A DNA stretch of 44,046 bases, taken from assembly GCA_043732345.1 (NCBI GenBank), contig JAYTHS010000048.1:1-44046 (forward strand), in the 5' to 3' direction. Shown here piece by piece: positions 1 through 8,892 of the stretch (positions are counted from its first letter, which is position 1; each line of letters opens with the position of its first letter). Made by a program: the position numbers and the translations under genes. This stretch comes from Frankiales bacterium. Lineage in GTDB: Bacteria > Actinomycetota > Actinomycetes > Mycobacteriales > SCTD01. A model generated the notes under the pieces. That model worked only from the letters and a program-made list of their open reading frames with translations, had not been told where the DNA came from and searched no databases.

Positions 1-231
1 GCGTTCACCACCGACCCGGCCATCCCGTTCGATAACAACCTCGCCGAACGCGACATCCGCATGGTCAAAATCCGGCAGAAGATCTCCGGGTCCCTACGCA
101 CCCTCACCGGCGCCCAACACTTCGCCACGATCCGCTCCTACACCGCCACCGCCGGAAAAAACAAGATCAACATCTATCAGGCCCTGGTTCAACTCGCCGA
201 AGGCAACGCCTGGCTACCCCAACCCACCTGA
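1..231 (+). mobile_element. IS66-family transposase, C-terminal fragment running off the left edge of the window
   Basis: Frame +1 is open from base 1 to TGA at 229-231. It reads AFTTDPAIPFDNNLAERDIRMVKIRQKISGSLRTLTGAQHFATIRSYTATAGKNKINIYQALVQLAEGNAWLPQPT. The DNNxAERxIR...RK.SG...GA...IRSY..T..K pattern matches the conserved IS66 transposase C-terminus. It is absent from the ORF track because it has no start in the window. Confidence 0.75.
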
Positions 232-345
232 CCAGTCACGTGATGGCTAGGTGTGTTGGGTGGACACGTTGATGACGGGGTCGACCTTGAAGGTCCGTGA
301 TCTGGCTTGTCGGTCGGCAGGTGTGAGGGTCGCTGGGTTGGGCCT

Positions 346-1209
346 TCAGATGTTCGAGGCGTCCGGGGGTGCATCCGCTGCCCGTGCGGGCGATCCGGGC
401 CCTTGCGGGGTCACGACGTCGTTGAACCCGACGGTGTAGGCGGTCATGGACAGGGAGCCGTAGGCGTAGCCGTCGATGAGGACATGGGTGCTGTCGCCGC
501 CTGCGGCGCTGGCGAGACCGGCGAGGTACAGCGCGGGTAGGAAGTGGTCCGGTGTCGGGACGGCGAGCCCGAAGTCGCGGTGTCCGTCCAGGGTCGCGAA
601 CTCGGTCGGGTTGGTGAGCATCTGCTGCTTGGCGTCGGTGTCGAAGCGTTGCGCCCAGTCATAGCCGTCGTTGACGAGGTCCCAGTTCATCCCGCCGAGG
701 TTGTGTACGACGTTGCCGGAGCCGATGACCAGGACGCCCGACTCGCGCAGCGGCGCCAGGCGGGCCCCGAGGTCGAGGTGGTAATCGAAGGGTTTGTCGG
801 CGTTGATCGACATCTGCACTACCGGGATGGAGGCGTCCGGGAAGGCATGGACGAGCACGGACCAGGTCCCGTGGTCGATGCCCCAGCTGTCCAGGTCCGC
901 CCCTACCCAGGTGGGCTTGACGAGATCGCTGACCTCCTCGGCGAGCCCGGGTAGGCCGGGGGCGGGGTAGTTGATGTTGAACAGCTCATCCGGGAAGCCG
1001 TAGAAGTCGTGGATGGTCCGGGGCCGAGGCATCGCCGTGACGGCGGTCGCGTTGATGTACCAGTGCGCGGAGATGACCAGGATGGCGCGCGGGCGCGGTA
1101 CGGCTTGGCCAAAGGCGCGCCATGCGCTGGTGTACCGGTTGGTCTCCAGGGCGTTCATAGGGCTGCCGTGGCCGAAGAACGCCGCGGGCATCAGGTCGCT
1201 CTTGGTCAT
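346..1209 (-). CDS. ygiD: 4,5-DOPA dioxygenase extradiol (class III extradiol dioxygenase, YgiD/LigB family)
   Basis: ORF 346..1212 begins [22 protein letters not shown]...ILVISAHW...[10 protein letters not shown], typical of YgiD. ATG at 1209 is preceded by GGAAGG about 7 nt upstream. The 25-aa Pro/Ala-rich tail is longer than I would expect. Confidence 0.85.
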   Translation of the reverse strand: MTKSDLMPAAFFGHGSPMNALETNRYTSAWRAFGQAVPRPRAILVISAHWYINATAVTAMPRPRTIHDFYGFPDELFNINYPAPGLPGLAEEVSDLVKPTWVGADLDSWGIDHGTWSVLVHAFPDASIPVVQMSINADKPFDYHLDLGARLAPLRESGVLVIGSGNVVHNLGGMNWDLVNDGYDWAQRFDTDAKQQMLTNPTEFATLDGHRDFGLAVPTPDHFLPALYLAGLASAAGGDSTHVLIDGYAYGSLSMTAYTVGFNDVVTPQGPGSPARAADAPPDASNI

Positions 1210-1536
1210 CAAGTGCCTTCCGGTTGGTGCTGACTGAGGGGGTGTACCAAGGGTGTGGCAGCACGGTCGCGCGCCGGCCGGTCAGAGCAGTCCAGTGACG
1301 GCTCCACCATCGACACCGAGCGCCATGCCGTGTCCACTGCGACGGGCGCTTCACCGTTGCCTGTTCGGAGACGCTCGTTGTGCATGTGGCGCTCCCCGCA
1401 GAGATGCCTGACGTGTGAGAGACCTGAAGGGAGCCTAGAGCAGACTGCTTCCCCGTCAGTGTCTGAGCGGTAAGGCGCTTTCACGGGTTCTTCGGGGGCT
1501 GTCGGCGATCTCCTCATCACGACGTTCGGTCAGCTC

Positions 1537-2033
1537 GTGGAGATCCATGCCGTTCTCGGCGAGAGCCTGGGTCGCGCCCTGGAGCAGCAGTGCGGCATCG
1601 GCCACAGCTGGTTCGAGGTCCTCCTACGGATCAGCCGGGCCGACGGGGACGCGTCAGCATGGGCGTGCTGGCCCAGCAGGTTGCCCTCACGACTGATGGC
1701 ATCACCCGGATGATCGACCGCATGATCGCCGCGGGCCTGGTCGACTGGAAGCCGTCCCCGAGCAACGGCCGTGTGCAGTTCGTGGAGTTGACCAAGGTGG
1801 GCAAAGCGAAGCTGGACGTGGCCGCAGCAGTACACGCGGCGACCTTGAGTGTCGCGTTCGCCGGCTTCAATCAGCGCGACATCACCACCCTGGATGAGCT
1901 CCTGGACCCGTCTCCGCGACGCTCGCCACACATTCGGGCAGCCCCTGTCACTCCTCGGCGCTGCGTCACCGGCCGGTCCAACTGCGGCTACATGGGACGC
2001 ACGACGAGCCGCGGGCTGCTCACGCGTCCTTGA
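1537..2033 (+). pseudogene. MarR-family transcriptional regulator, apparently disrupted by frameshift(s)
   Basis: The winged-helix core MGVLAQQVALTTDGITRMIDRMIAAGLVDWKPSPSNGRVQFVELTKVGKAKL lies in ORF 1590..2033. The expected N-terminal helix (LVEIHAVLGESLGRALEQQCGIGHSWFEVLLRISRADGD) lies in a different frame and ends near the G4 run at 1645-1648. The expected C-terminal LDELL..RLRDA continues in the first frame again after about 1905. Confidence 0.5.
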
Positions 2034-2284
2034 TTGGACTGATCTCGACCTCGAGGGTGATCTTCTTACCGACCGGGACGCCACAGGACTCCAGTGTCCT
2101 GTTTGTATGACCGCGTCAATACATGCAGTTGACCACGACTCCAGATCCGGGCCACGCGCGGCGCAGCCCGAACCCGCCGGGGGAGCGGCGTCACTTTGCG
2201 GGGATCCATCACTGACTGGCGCCACCGGCTGCGCCGGCCGCGTCACGCGATGGGTCTCGGTCGATTTGCGTCAGGGGATAGGTC

Positions 2285-3067
2285 TTAGTTGAGGGCGCGG
2301 GTGCCCTTCGGCAGGTCGCCACCGGCCAGAAGCGTCTGTGCTGCGTCTTGAAGCGCGGTCAGGGCGACGCGCTGCGTGAAGGGGCCGGTCGACACGCGGG
2401 CGACTCCTAGTTCTTGCAGCTCGCGGGCCGGCAGTGAGACTCCGGGCACGCTGATGACGGTGAGCTTGTTGCGGCCTAGGACGTCGACCAAGGCGGCGAT
2501 CTCGTCGCGGGCGACTGCGCCGGGTACGAAGACGACGGGGGCACCGGCTTCGAGGTAGGCACGGCCCCGATCCACGGCCTCCTTGATGAGCTGGCTACGG
2601 TCAGCGTCCTGAGGAGCGCGGACGAACGCGTCGGTCCGGGCATTGAGGACGAAGTCGATCCCGGCGTCGTGCCCGGCGCGCACCACTGCCTCAACGGCGG
2701 CTACGGATTCGTCCAACGGCTTCATCTGGTCTTCCAGGTTCGCGCCCACGACGCCCACCTCGATCGCGCGCCGAGCCGTTTCGCCAGCGTCCCCGTACCC
2801 GGCCTCGAAGTCCATCGTCACGGGCAGCTCCACGGCCCGAACGATCCGCGCGACCATGTCCAGGTGCAGCTCGAACGGAATGTTCTCCCCGTCCTCATAG
2901 CCGAAGGTCGCGGCAATCGAGTGACTGGCCGTCGCCAGAGCCTTCGCGCCAGGGGTGGAAGCGATGACTTGCGCCAACACCACATCCCACACGTTGGCCA
3001 GAACGAGGATCTCTGGTGCGCTGTGCAGGGCCAGTAGGGTGGCAGCCTTGTCGTCGTGGGCGGTCAT
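2285..3067 (-). CDS. Isocitrate lyase/PEP mutase family protein (methylisocitrate lyase / carboxyvinyl-carboxyphosphonate phosphorylmutase-like)
   Basis: ORF 2285..3178 contains MTAHDDKAATLLALHSAPEILVLANVWDV...VTMDFEAGYG...GANLEDQ...LNARTDA, family signatures. The likely start is ATG at 3067 (MTAHDD); the upstream extension has no family match. Confidence 0.85.
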   Translation of the reverse strand: MTAHDDKAATLLALHSAPEILVLANVWDVVLAQVIASTPGAKALATASHSIAATFGYEDGENIPFELHLDMVARIVRAVELPVTMDFEAGYGDAGETARRAIEVGVVGANLEDQMKPLDESVAAVEAVVRAGHDAGIDFVLNARTDAFVRAPQDADRSQLIKEAVDRGRAYLEAGAPVVFVPGAVARDEIAALVDVLGRNKLTVISVPGVSLPARELQELGVARVSTGPFTQRVALTALQDAAQTLLAGGDLPKGTRALN

Positions 3068-3174
3068 ACTGGCTACAACTGGTTGCTGGCCAGGTTCTTC
3101 TCTTCCCCTGTCAGTGCTCGCCAGCTCAATGAACCGATCGACGCGAGCCTGCTTCGGGGACACCCGCGGCAAGC

Positions 3175-3465
3175 TCACCCGCTGGAGGACCGCAGGGCCA
3201 CTCGTGACCCGTCATATGTGTGGACGACCCGCGTTCGGTCCTCCTCGAGTGCTGTGAGCTGCCAACCCCAGCGCCCTCCCGCAGCGGGCTGTGCACGCCG
3301 CTCATTGGCCCACGTCAGGCGGCTGTCTGGTTCGTCCTCGACTACTCGGTTGTCGGTGCTGTAGTCGCCCAGGCTCTGAAAGTGCATCGCCGTCGAGAAG
3401 ACCTGGTCAACGTGGTCGATGACCAGGGCGTCCTCGGCGGCCCGGAGCATCCCAGATGCGTCCAT
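3175..3465 (-). CDS. SRPBCC-superfamily-like protein, probably N-terminally truncated (possible gene remnant)
   Basis: The 96-aa ORF has the C-terminal pattern VVEDEPDSRLTWANE...GGRWGWQLTALEEDRTRVVHTYDGS, resembling the last beta-strands of SRPBCC/polyketide-cyclase-like proteins. The usual 50-aa N-terminal part is missing. The 175 bp upstream has lower GC and no clean ORF. Confidence 0.35.
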   Translation of the reverse strand: MDASGMLRAAEDALVIDHVDQVFSTAMHFQSLGDYSTDNRVVEDEPDSRLTWANERRAQPAAGGRWGWQLTALEEDRTRVVHTYDGSRVALRSSSG

Positions 3466-3642
3466 TTACATGGCGGCGTGGATCGACCAGAACCCCGAAC
3501 GGCGCAGACCTCGAACTGTCGGCGTCTTTGCTCGATGCTGATCAAGGTTTCGCTATATCGCAGCATCCGCCACCATGGCCCACATTTGCCCGCCTGTGAC
3601 AGCACGGGACATCTTGACTGATAGATAAACCCGAGCGTCTCC

Positions 3643-4470
3643 CTACGCACCCCCCGAACCATTCGCCTGCAGCGACACCGGCTGCCACTCGTTCCACGTG
3701 GCCAGTCGGGACTCGTAGTCCTTCGTTGCGATGCCCAGTGGCGCTGCACCGAAGAACACCCGCAGCGGCGGCGGGTCGGCGTCGACGACCTTGAGGATCG
3801 GCTCCCGTGTTGCGGTGGGGTCACCAGGGTCCGCCGCTGACGGACGGCTCTTCGCCGCTTCCCGGACGTCTGCGTAAGCCGGGTTCTCCGCGCTCCGCAC
3901 CGCAGACGGACCGGACCAGTCAGTCGAGTACCCACCCGGCTCGATCAGCGTCACGTGGATCCCGAAACCGGACACCTCTTGAGACAGCGACTGGGACAAC
4001 CCCTCCAACGCCCACTTCGAGGCGTGGTACGCGCCCACGGTCGGAAAGGCGCTGATGCCGCCGATGCTCGACACCTGAATGATGTGACCAGATCCCTGCT
4101 CGCGCATGATCGGCAGCGCCGCTTGTGTCACCCAGACGGCCCCGAACAGGTTGGTCTCCAGCTGACCTCGCAGCTCGGCCTCAGTCAGTTCCTCGACCAT
4201 GCCGAAGTGCCCGTATCCTGCGTTGTTGATCACCACGTCCAGCTGACCGAAGTGCTCGGCAGCCTGCTTCACCGCCGCCCGGTCCGCGGCACGGTCGGTG
4301 ACGTCGAGCGTCATAGGCAGCACGTCGTCGCCGTACTGGTCGACCAGATGGGCCAACGTATCGGGCTGACGAGCCGTCGCGGCCACCTGGTCGCCGCGCT
4401 CCAAGGCAGCCAGCGCCCATTCGCGTCCAAAGCCCTTGGACGCGCCGGTAATGAACCAGACCTTGCTCAC
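3643..4470 (-). CDS. SDR-family NAD(P)-dependent oxidoreductase
   Basis: Motifs TGASKGFG, NNAG and YHASKWALEGL (YxxxK) are present. The GTG at 4470 (VSKVWFITGAS) is preceded by GAGGAGAGG. The longer ORF extension to 4587 has no family match. Confidence 0.85.
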   Translation of the reverse strand: MSKVWFITGASKGFGREWALAALERGDQVAATARQPDTLAHLVDQYGDDVLPMTLDVTDRAADRAAVKQAAEHFGQLDVVINNAGYGHFGMVEELTEAELRGQLETNLFGAVWVTQAALPIMREQGSGHIIQVSSIGGISAFPTVGAYHASKWALEGLSQSLSQEVSGFGIHVTLIEPGGYSTDWSGPSAVRSAENPAYADVREAAKSRPSAADPGDPTATREPILKVVDADPPPLRVFFGAAPLGIATKDYESRLATWNEWQPVSLQANGSGGA

Positions 4471-4611
4471 ATCGTTCCACCTCTCCTCGATCAAAGGTGC
4501 GGACCAAGTCGCGTCAGCAGCCTCTCCGCATTCCCACGCCGCGAACCATCGACTCGTCCTGGGGGTCCCGTCCGGCTCCCTACCCACTGCCGCCGAACCC
4601 GACCCACAAGT

Positions 4612-4631
4612 TGACCAACTAGCTGACCAAC
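4612..4631 (+). promoter_or_regulatory. Direct repeat TGACCAAC-N4-TGACCAAC upstream of vapB, overlapping a TTGACC -35-like hexamer; candidate antitoxin operator
   Basis: TGACCAAC occurs at 4612-4619 and 4624-4631, 16-35 nt upstream of the vapB ATG (4647). TA operons are typically autoregulated at repeats in their promoter. Confidence 0.35.
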
Positions 4632-4646
4632 ACCGATGCTGACGGC

Positions 4647-4889
4647 ATGACGACCCAGGTCAACATCTACGAGGCGAAGACCCACCTGTCTGACCTTGTC
4701 GAGCGCGCGGCCGGTGGCGAGGACATCATCATCGCCAAGGCCGGGAGCCCGCGCGTGAGGCTCGTCGCCATCCAGGCACCTCGGCGACCTCGGTCCCCCG
4801 GCGGGTGGGAGGAGCGGGTGCAGCTGGCGTCTGACTTCGACACCATCGACGAACAGATCGCCTCGTTGTTCCTCGGCGAGCAGGCGTGA
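4647..4889 (+). CDS. vapB: Type II antitoxin, Phd/YefM (prevent-host-death) family, partner of VapC
   Basis: MTTQVNIYEAKTHLSDLVERAAGGEDIIIAKAGSPRVRLV is the classic Phd/YefM N-terminus. There is a 4-nt overlap (GTGA) with the downstream PIN gene. Confidence 0.85.
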   Translation: MTTQVNIYEAKTHLSDLVERAAGGEDIIIAKAGSPRVRLVAIQAPRRPRSPGGWEERVQLASDFDTIDEQIASLFLGEQA

Positions 4890-5260
4890 GGCTGCTGCTC
4901 GACACGCACGTGTTGCTGTGGTGGCTGTCCGCTCAGCACCTTCGTCCCCAAGCCGTCGCGGCGATCGCCTCTGCCAACTCCGACGTGTGCGTGTCAGCAG
5001 CGACGATCTGGGAGATGAGCATCAAAGCCGCCCTGGGCAAGCTCGAGATACCCGATGACCTGAGCGACCAGCTGACGCACCACGGCTTCGACATCCTGCC
5101 CATCGGACTGGCTCACGCACTCGCCGTTCGTTCCCTACCGCCCCACCACGCCGATCCGTTCGACCGGATGCTCGTCGCCCAGTCCCAGGTCGAGGAACTC
5201 ACTCTCGTCACGCGCGACACCAACATCAGCCGTTACGAGGTGCGGGTCCTGCAAGCCTGA
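4886..5260 (+). CDS. vapC: Type II toxin VapC (PIN-domain ribonuclease)
   Basis: MRLLLDTHVLLWW...ISAATIWEMSIK...HHADPFDRMLVAQSQVEELTLVTRD carries the PIN acidic residues (D6, E43, D91, D110 region). Confidence 0.9.
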   Translation: MRLLLDTHVLLWWLSAQHLRPQAVAAIASANSDVCVSAATIWEMSIKAALGKLEIPDDLSDQLTHHGFDILPIGLAHALAVRSLPPHHADPFDRMLVAQSQVEELTLVTRDTNISRYEVRVLQA

Positions 5261-5584
5261 GCCGGACACCGCTGTCGACGATTCGGGACGTCCCACATCG
5301 ACCCTCAGCCGGTCAGTACGTCTGACGGCACCCAGCGCTGTGAACGTGCGGAAGCGCACGTCATCACCTGCTCCGCCGAGCAGCATCAGCGACAACAACC
5401 GAAGGCAGGTCAGATCAACCGCCACATCGACGCGGACCTGACGCCGTTCCCATGTTGTTGGTGCCCCCCGGGGGCACTTCGTGAGCGACCTGGTCGTCCG
5501 CGGCGCGGCGCCTGGACGCTGCTCCCTAAGCCCGCAACGGTGACGCGGTGACACCGCCGCCGCCTGCCGCCCGGTGGCGCTGAC

Positions 5585-6466
5585 GTGCGCATCGTCGTGG
5601 CCCTCGGGGGCAACGCCCTGCTCCGGCGGGGCGAGACCCCCGACGTACCGACCCAGCTCACCCACGTCCGGGACGCCGCCGGGGCGCTCGCCGTGCTGGC
5701 GGCCGACCACGAGGTCCTGCTCTGCCACGGCAACGGACCGCAGGTCGGCCTGCTGGCGCTGGACGCCGCGGCAGGTCCGCTGGACACGCTGGTCGCCCAG
5801 ACACAGGGGATGATTGGCTACTGGCTGATGCAGGCCCTGCGCAACGCTGGCGTCAGGAGCCCGGCCGTCACGCTGGTGACCCAGGTCCTCGTGGACGCCG
5901 GCGACCCAGCGTTCAGCGCCCCGACCAAGCCCGTCGGCCCGGTGTACGACGAGGCGCAGGCCCAGCGGCTGGCGCAGTCCCGCGGCTGGTCGGTCGCGCG
6001 GGACGGCGACGGCTGGCGCCGCGTCGTGCCCTCCCCGGAGCCTCGCTCGGTCGTCGAGCTGGACACGGTGCGGGCGCTGCTCGCCTCAGGGGCGTTGGTC
6101 GTCTGCGGCGGCGGCGGCGGGGTGCCCGTGGTCAGCGAGGGCGGCCGCTTGCGCGGTGTCGAGGCGGTCGTGGACAAAGACCTGACCGCCTCAATGCTGG
6201 CGGAGGCCGTCGGCGCCGACCTGCTGCTGGTGCTCACCGACGTGACGGCGGTGCTGGCGGACTTCGGCTCCCCGGCGGCCCATCGGCTGCCGCGCCTCAC
6301 CCTGGCCGAGCTGGCTGCGCTGCGCCTGCCCGCCGGCTCGATGGGGCCCAAGGTCGAGGCGTGTCGGCGGTTCGTCGCGGCAACCGGCCGGATGGCGGCG
6401 ATCGGCGCGCTCGAGCAGGCCACCGAGGTGGTGGCCGGCACTGCGGGGACGACGATCACCCGCTGA
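5585..6466 (+). CDS. arcC: Carbamate kinase
   Basis: RIVVALGGNALL...HGNGPQVG...VVCGGGGGVPV...VDKDLTASMLA...LLVLTDV are carbamate kinase signatures. GTG start at 5585. Confidence 0.9.
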   Translation: MRIVVALGGNALLRRGETPDVPTQLTHVRDAAGALAVLAADHEVLLCHGNGPQVGLLALDAAAGPLDTLVAQTQGMIGYWLMQALRNAGVRSPAVTLVTQVLVDAGDPAFSAPTKPVGPVYDEAQAQRLAQSRGWSVARDGDGWRRVVPSPEPRSVVELDTVRALLASGALVVCGGGGGVPVVSEGGRLRGVEAVVDKDLTASMLAEAVGADLLLVLTDVTAVLADFGSPAAHRLPRLTLAELAALRLPAGSMGPKVEACRRFVAATGRMAAIGALEQATEVVAGTAGTTITR

Positions 6467-6472
6467 TCCCCC

Positions 6473-8032
6473 TCAGCAGGTGAAAGGGCGAGGCGCCTTC
6501 CCGCTGATCAGGTAGGCGTCGACCGGTCCCGTCAGGCACGCGGGGGCGCTGGAGCGGTAGGCCGTGTGGCCGTCCCCCACGTGGGTCAGCAGGACACCGT
6601 TCGCCAGCTGCCGGGCCAGTCCCTGGGCCCAGACGTACGGCGTCGCGGGGTCGCGCGTCGTTCCGATGACCACGATGGGCGGCGACGCCTTCGCCACAAC
6701 GGGGTGGGGAGTGCTGACGGGAGGGACGGGCCAAACGGCGCAGCCCAGCCCGGACAGGGCGATGGCCGGCCCGAAGCGGGGATAGTCCTTGCCCACCCGC
6801 TGGGCGAGGGCGACGTACGGCGCGATCGTGCGCGGCCAGGGCCGGTCGACGCAGTTGACGGCGAAGTTGGCCTCGTCGACGTTTGCGTAACCCTTGTCGG
6901 TGCGCTCGAGGTAGGAGTCCGACAGGGCCAGCAGCGGGCTGCCCTGCCCGTTCGTCGCGGCAGCCAGGGCCGCGGCGATAGCGGGCCAGCCGTACGCCCG
7001 GCTGTAGAGGCCCGCGGCGACACCGAGGGAGAACTCACCGGGACCGACCGTCCGGGTCGCGTCACCGGGCAGCGGCCGGGAGCCGACCGAGGCGGCCAGC
7101 GCGTCGAAGGCCTTCGTGAGGTCGCCCAGCACGGCGGTGCGGAAGGCGCAGCGGGTCCGCTCGCAGTCGGCGAGGAACGCCGTGAGCGCGACGTCGAAAC
7201 CGCGGGACTGCCCGGCCAGCAGCTGGTCCCAGGTCAGGGTCGGGTCCAGGGCACCGTCGAGGACCATGGCCCGGACGTGCGTGGGGAACTGCTCGAGGTA
7301 CGACGCGCCGATCGAGGTCCCGTAGGAGTAGCCGAGGTACGTCAGCTTCGGGTCGCCGAGGGCCGCCCGCACGCGGTCCATGTCCTGCGCCACGATCCGG
7401 GTCGAGACGTAGGGGAGGATCCGGCCGCTGCGCTGCGAGCACCCGCGGGCCAGCGCCCGGTTGCCGGCGTCGATCGCGGCGACCCCTGCCGCACTGGTCG
7501 GGGCCGGGTCCAGGTGGAAGTAAAGGTCCAGCTCGGCGGTGCTCTCGCAGCGCACCGGCGCGGTCCGGCCGACGCCCCGCGGGTCGAAGGCCACCAGGTC
7601 GAAGCGCGCCCGCACGGCCGCCGGGATCTCGGTGTAGGCGTCATGCAGGAAGTCGACGGCCGAGGCTCCCGGCCCACCGGGGTTGACTAGCAGCGAGCCG
7701 ATGCGCCGGTCGGAGGTGGCCCGGTGCCGTGTGAGCGCCAGCGCCACGGTGCCCAGCTGCGGCATGGCCGGGTCCAGCGGCACGGTCAGCGTCCCGCACG
7801 TGAAGCCCCCGCCGCAGGAGGTGAACGCCGACAGCGTCCCGGGCTCCGCGGTCCCCGAGCCGAACGGCCGGGGGGGCGAGCTGGCCGGTCGCGTCGGCCG
7901 TGCGACCCCGCTGGAGCCCACGGCAGAGCTCGAGCTGCACGCCGACAGGCCACCGGCGACCAGGACCGCAGCCAGGAGGGCGGCGGCGAGCGGGGTCCGG
8001 CGCTGGGGCGTCACCGACCCAGTCTGGCTCAC
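6473..8032 (-). CDS. Secreted alpha/beta hydrolase, tripeptidyl-aminopeptidase (TAP)-like lipoprotein
   Basis: [14 protein letters not shown] and the nucleophile elbow GYSYGTS are present, with a TAP-like C-terminal domain. The N-terminus [23 protein letters not shown] carries a lipobox and a possible twin-arginine motif. I prefer GTG at 8032, which forms a GTGA overlap with the upstream SDR stop. The ORF-track ATG at 8098 would overlap that SDR by 70 nt. Confidence 0.85.
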   Translation of the reverse strand: MSQTGSVTPQRRTPLAAALLAAVLVAGGLSACSSSSAVGSSGVARPTRPASSPPRPFGSGTAEPGTLSAFTSCGGGFTCGTLTVPLDPAMPQLGTVALALTRHRATSDRRIGSLLVNPGGPGASAVDFLHDAYTEIPAAVRARFDLVAFDPRGVGRTAPVRCESTAELDLYFHLDPAPTSAAGVAAIDAGNRALARGCSQRSGRILPYVSTRIVAQDMDRVRAALGDPKLTYLGYSYGTSIGASYLEQFPTHVRAMVLDGALDPTLTWDQLLAGQSRGFDVALTAFLADCERTRCAFRTAVLGDLTKAFDALAASVGSRPLPGDATRTVGPGEFSLGVAAGLYSRAYGWPAIAAALAAATNGQGSPLLALSDSYLERTDKGYANVDEANFAVNCVDRPWPRTIAPYVALAQRVGKDYPRFGPAIALSGLGCAVWPVPPVSTPHPVVAKASPPIVVIGTTRDPATPYVWAQGLARQLANGVLLTHVGDGHTAYRSSAPACLTGPVDAYLISGKAPRPFTC

Positions 8033-8736
8033 CAGGGGACGGGCTGCCGGTCCTCCCAGAGCAGACCCGTCGGCCCGGGTTCTCGGGTCGCGAGCCACAG
8101 CACGGTGTCTGCGCCCTGCTCGGCGCTGCGGGGCGCCTCAGGTCCGCCCATGTCGGTGCGGCAGTGGCCGGGGCAGACCGCGTCGACGAAGACCCCCCGG
8201 CGGCCGTCACCCGTCTCGGCTGCGAGGTTCTTGGTGAGCGCGTTGACCGCCGCCTTCGATACGCGGTACGGCGCGAGGCCACCGCTGGTGCCCGGACCGC
8301 TCATCCGACCGAGGCAGGCCGACAGCGTCACGATGCGTCCCCGACGTCGCTGGGCCATGGCAGGCCCAAACGCCGCCATTGCCGCCCAGGTCCCGTCGAG
8401 GTTGACCGACAGGACCCGACGCCACTCCTGCGGCGAGGTCCGCAGCGTCTTGGACATGCGCTCGCTCATGACTCCCGCGGCGGTCACCAGGACGTCGACC
8501 TCGCGCAGCGGACCCAGGGCGTCCGGCAGCGCCAGCACCGCCTGGACGTCGGCGACGTCACAGGTCTGCCCGACGGCGTCGAGCCCCTCGTCCACCAGCG
8601 TCGCCACCGCGGCGTGCGGGTCGCGGCCCACCACGACGACCGTCGCGCCGAGGCGTCCCAGACCTCGGGCCGCGGCCAGCCCGATGCCCCGCGAGCCCCC
8701 CGTGACGAGGGCGACCTGACCATCCAGCTGCGCCAT
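8029..8736 (-). CDS. SDR-family oxidoreductase
   Basis: [19 protein letters not shown]...[12 protein letters not shown]...[12 protein letters not shown] at 8736; the ORF-track extension to 8844 has no family match. Confidence 0.85.
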   Translation of the reverse strand: MAQLDGQVALVTGGSRGIGLAAARGLGRLGATVVVVGRDPHAAVATLVDEGLDAVGQTCDVADVQAVLALPDALGPLREVDVLVTAAGVMSERMSKTLRTSPQEWRRVLSVNLDGTWAAMAAFGPAMAQRRRGRIVTLSACLGRMSGPGTSGGLAPYRVSKAAVNALTKNLAAETGDGRRGVFVDAVCPGHCRTDMGGPEAPRSAEQGADTVLWLATREPGPTGLLWEDRQPVPW

Positions 8737-8892
8737 GCCGACAAGCCTCGCCGGAGTCGGGACCGCACCGCCAGCCGGGGCCTGGCCCGGTACTCGGACG
8801 GCCTGCCGCACACCGCTCCCCGCAGACCCGCGAGTATCCTGCAAGGCCGACGGGCAGACCCGGCAGACCCCACCACGAGGCGGCGTTCACGC

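Noticed and set aside
1280-1390. Short minus-strand ORF (MHNERLRTGNGEAPVAVDTAWRSVSMVEPSLDCS) whose middle loosely resembles an SDR C-terminus (G..L.VDGGW).
   Set aside because: It is too short and too weak a match, has no RBS, and has no supporting upstream frame.
1469-1485. GTAAGGCGCTTTCAC, reminiscent of IS66-type terminal inverted repeats (GTAAGCG...).
   Set aside because: It lies about 1.2 kb beyond the transposase stop, with an intact ygiD gene in between. No matching inverted copy is visible, so it is probably coincidental.
2034-2246. Possible OsmC/Ohr-like remnant on the minus strand. It shows ...PPAGSGCAARGPDLESWSTACIDAVIQ... in one frame and ...LESCGVPVGKKITLEVEISPIKDA* in another, next to the MarR (OhrR-like?) gene.
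   Set aside because: The two motif-like stretches are only about 10 codons apart, against about 60 in real OsmC/Ohr proteins. They are in different frames with a stop between them, and the resemblance is weak. At best this is a badly eroded trace, so it is not called as a feature.
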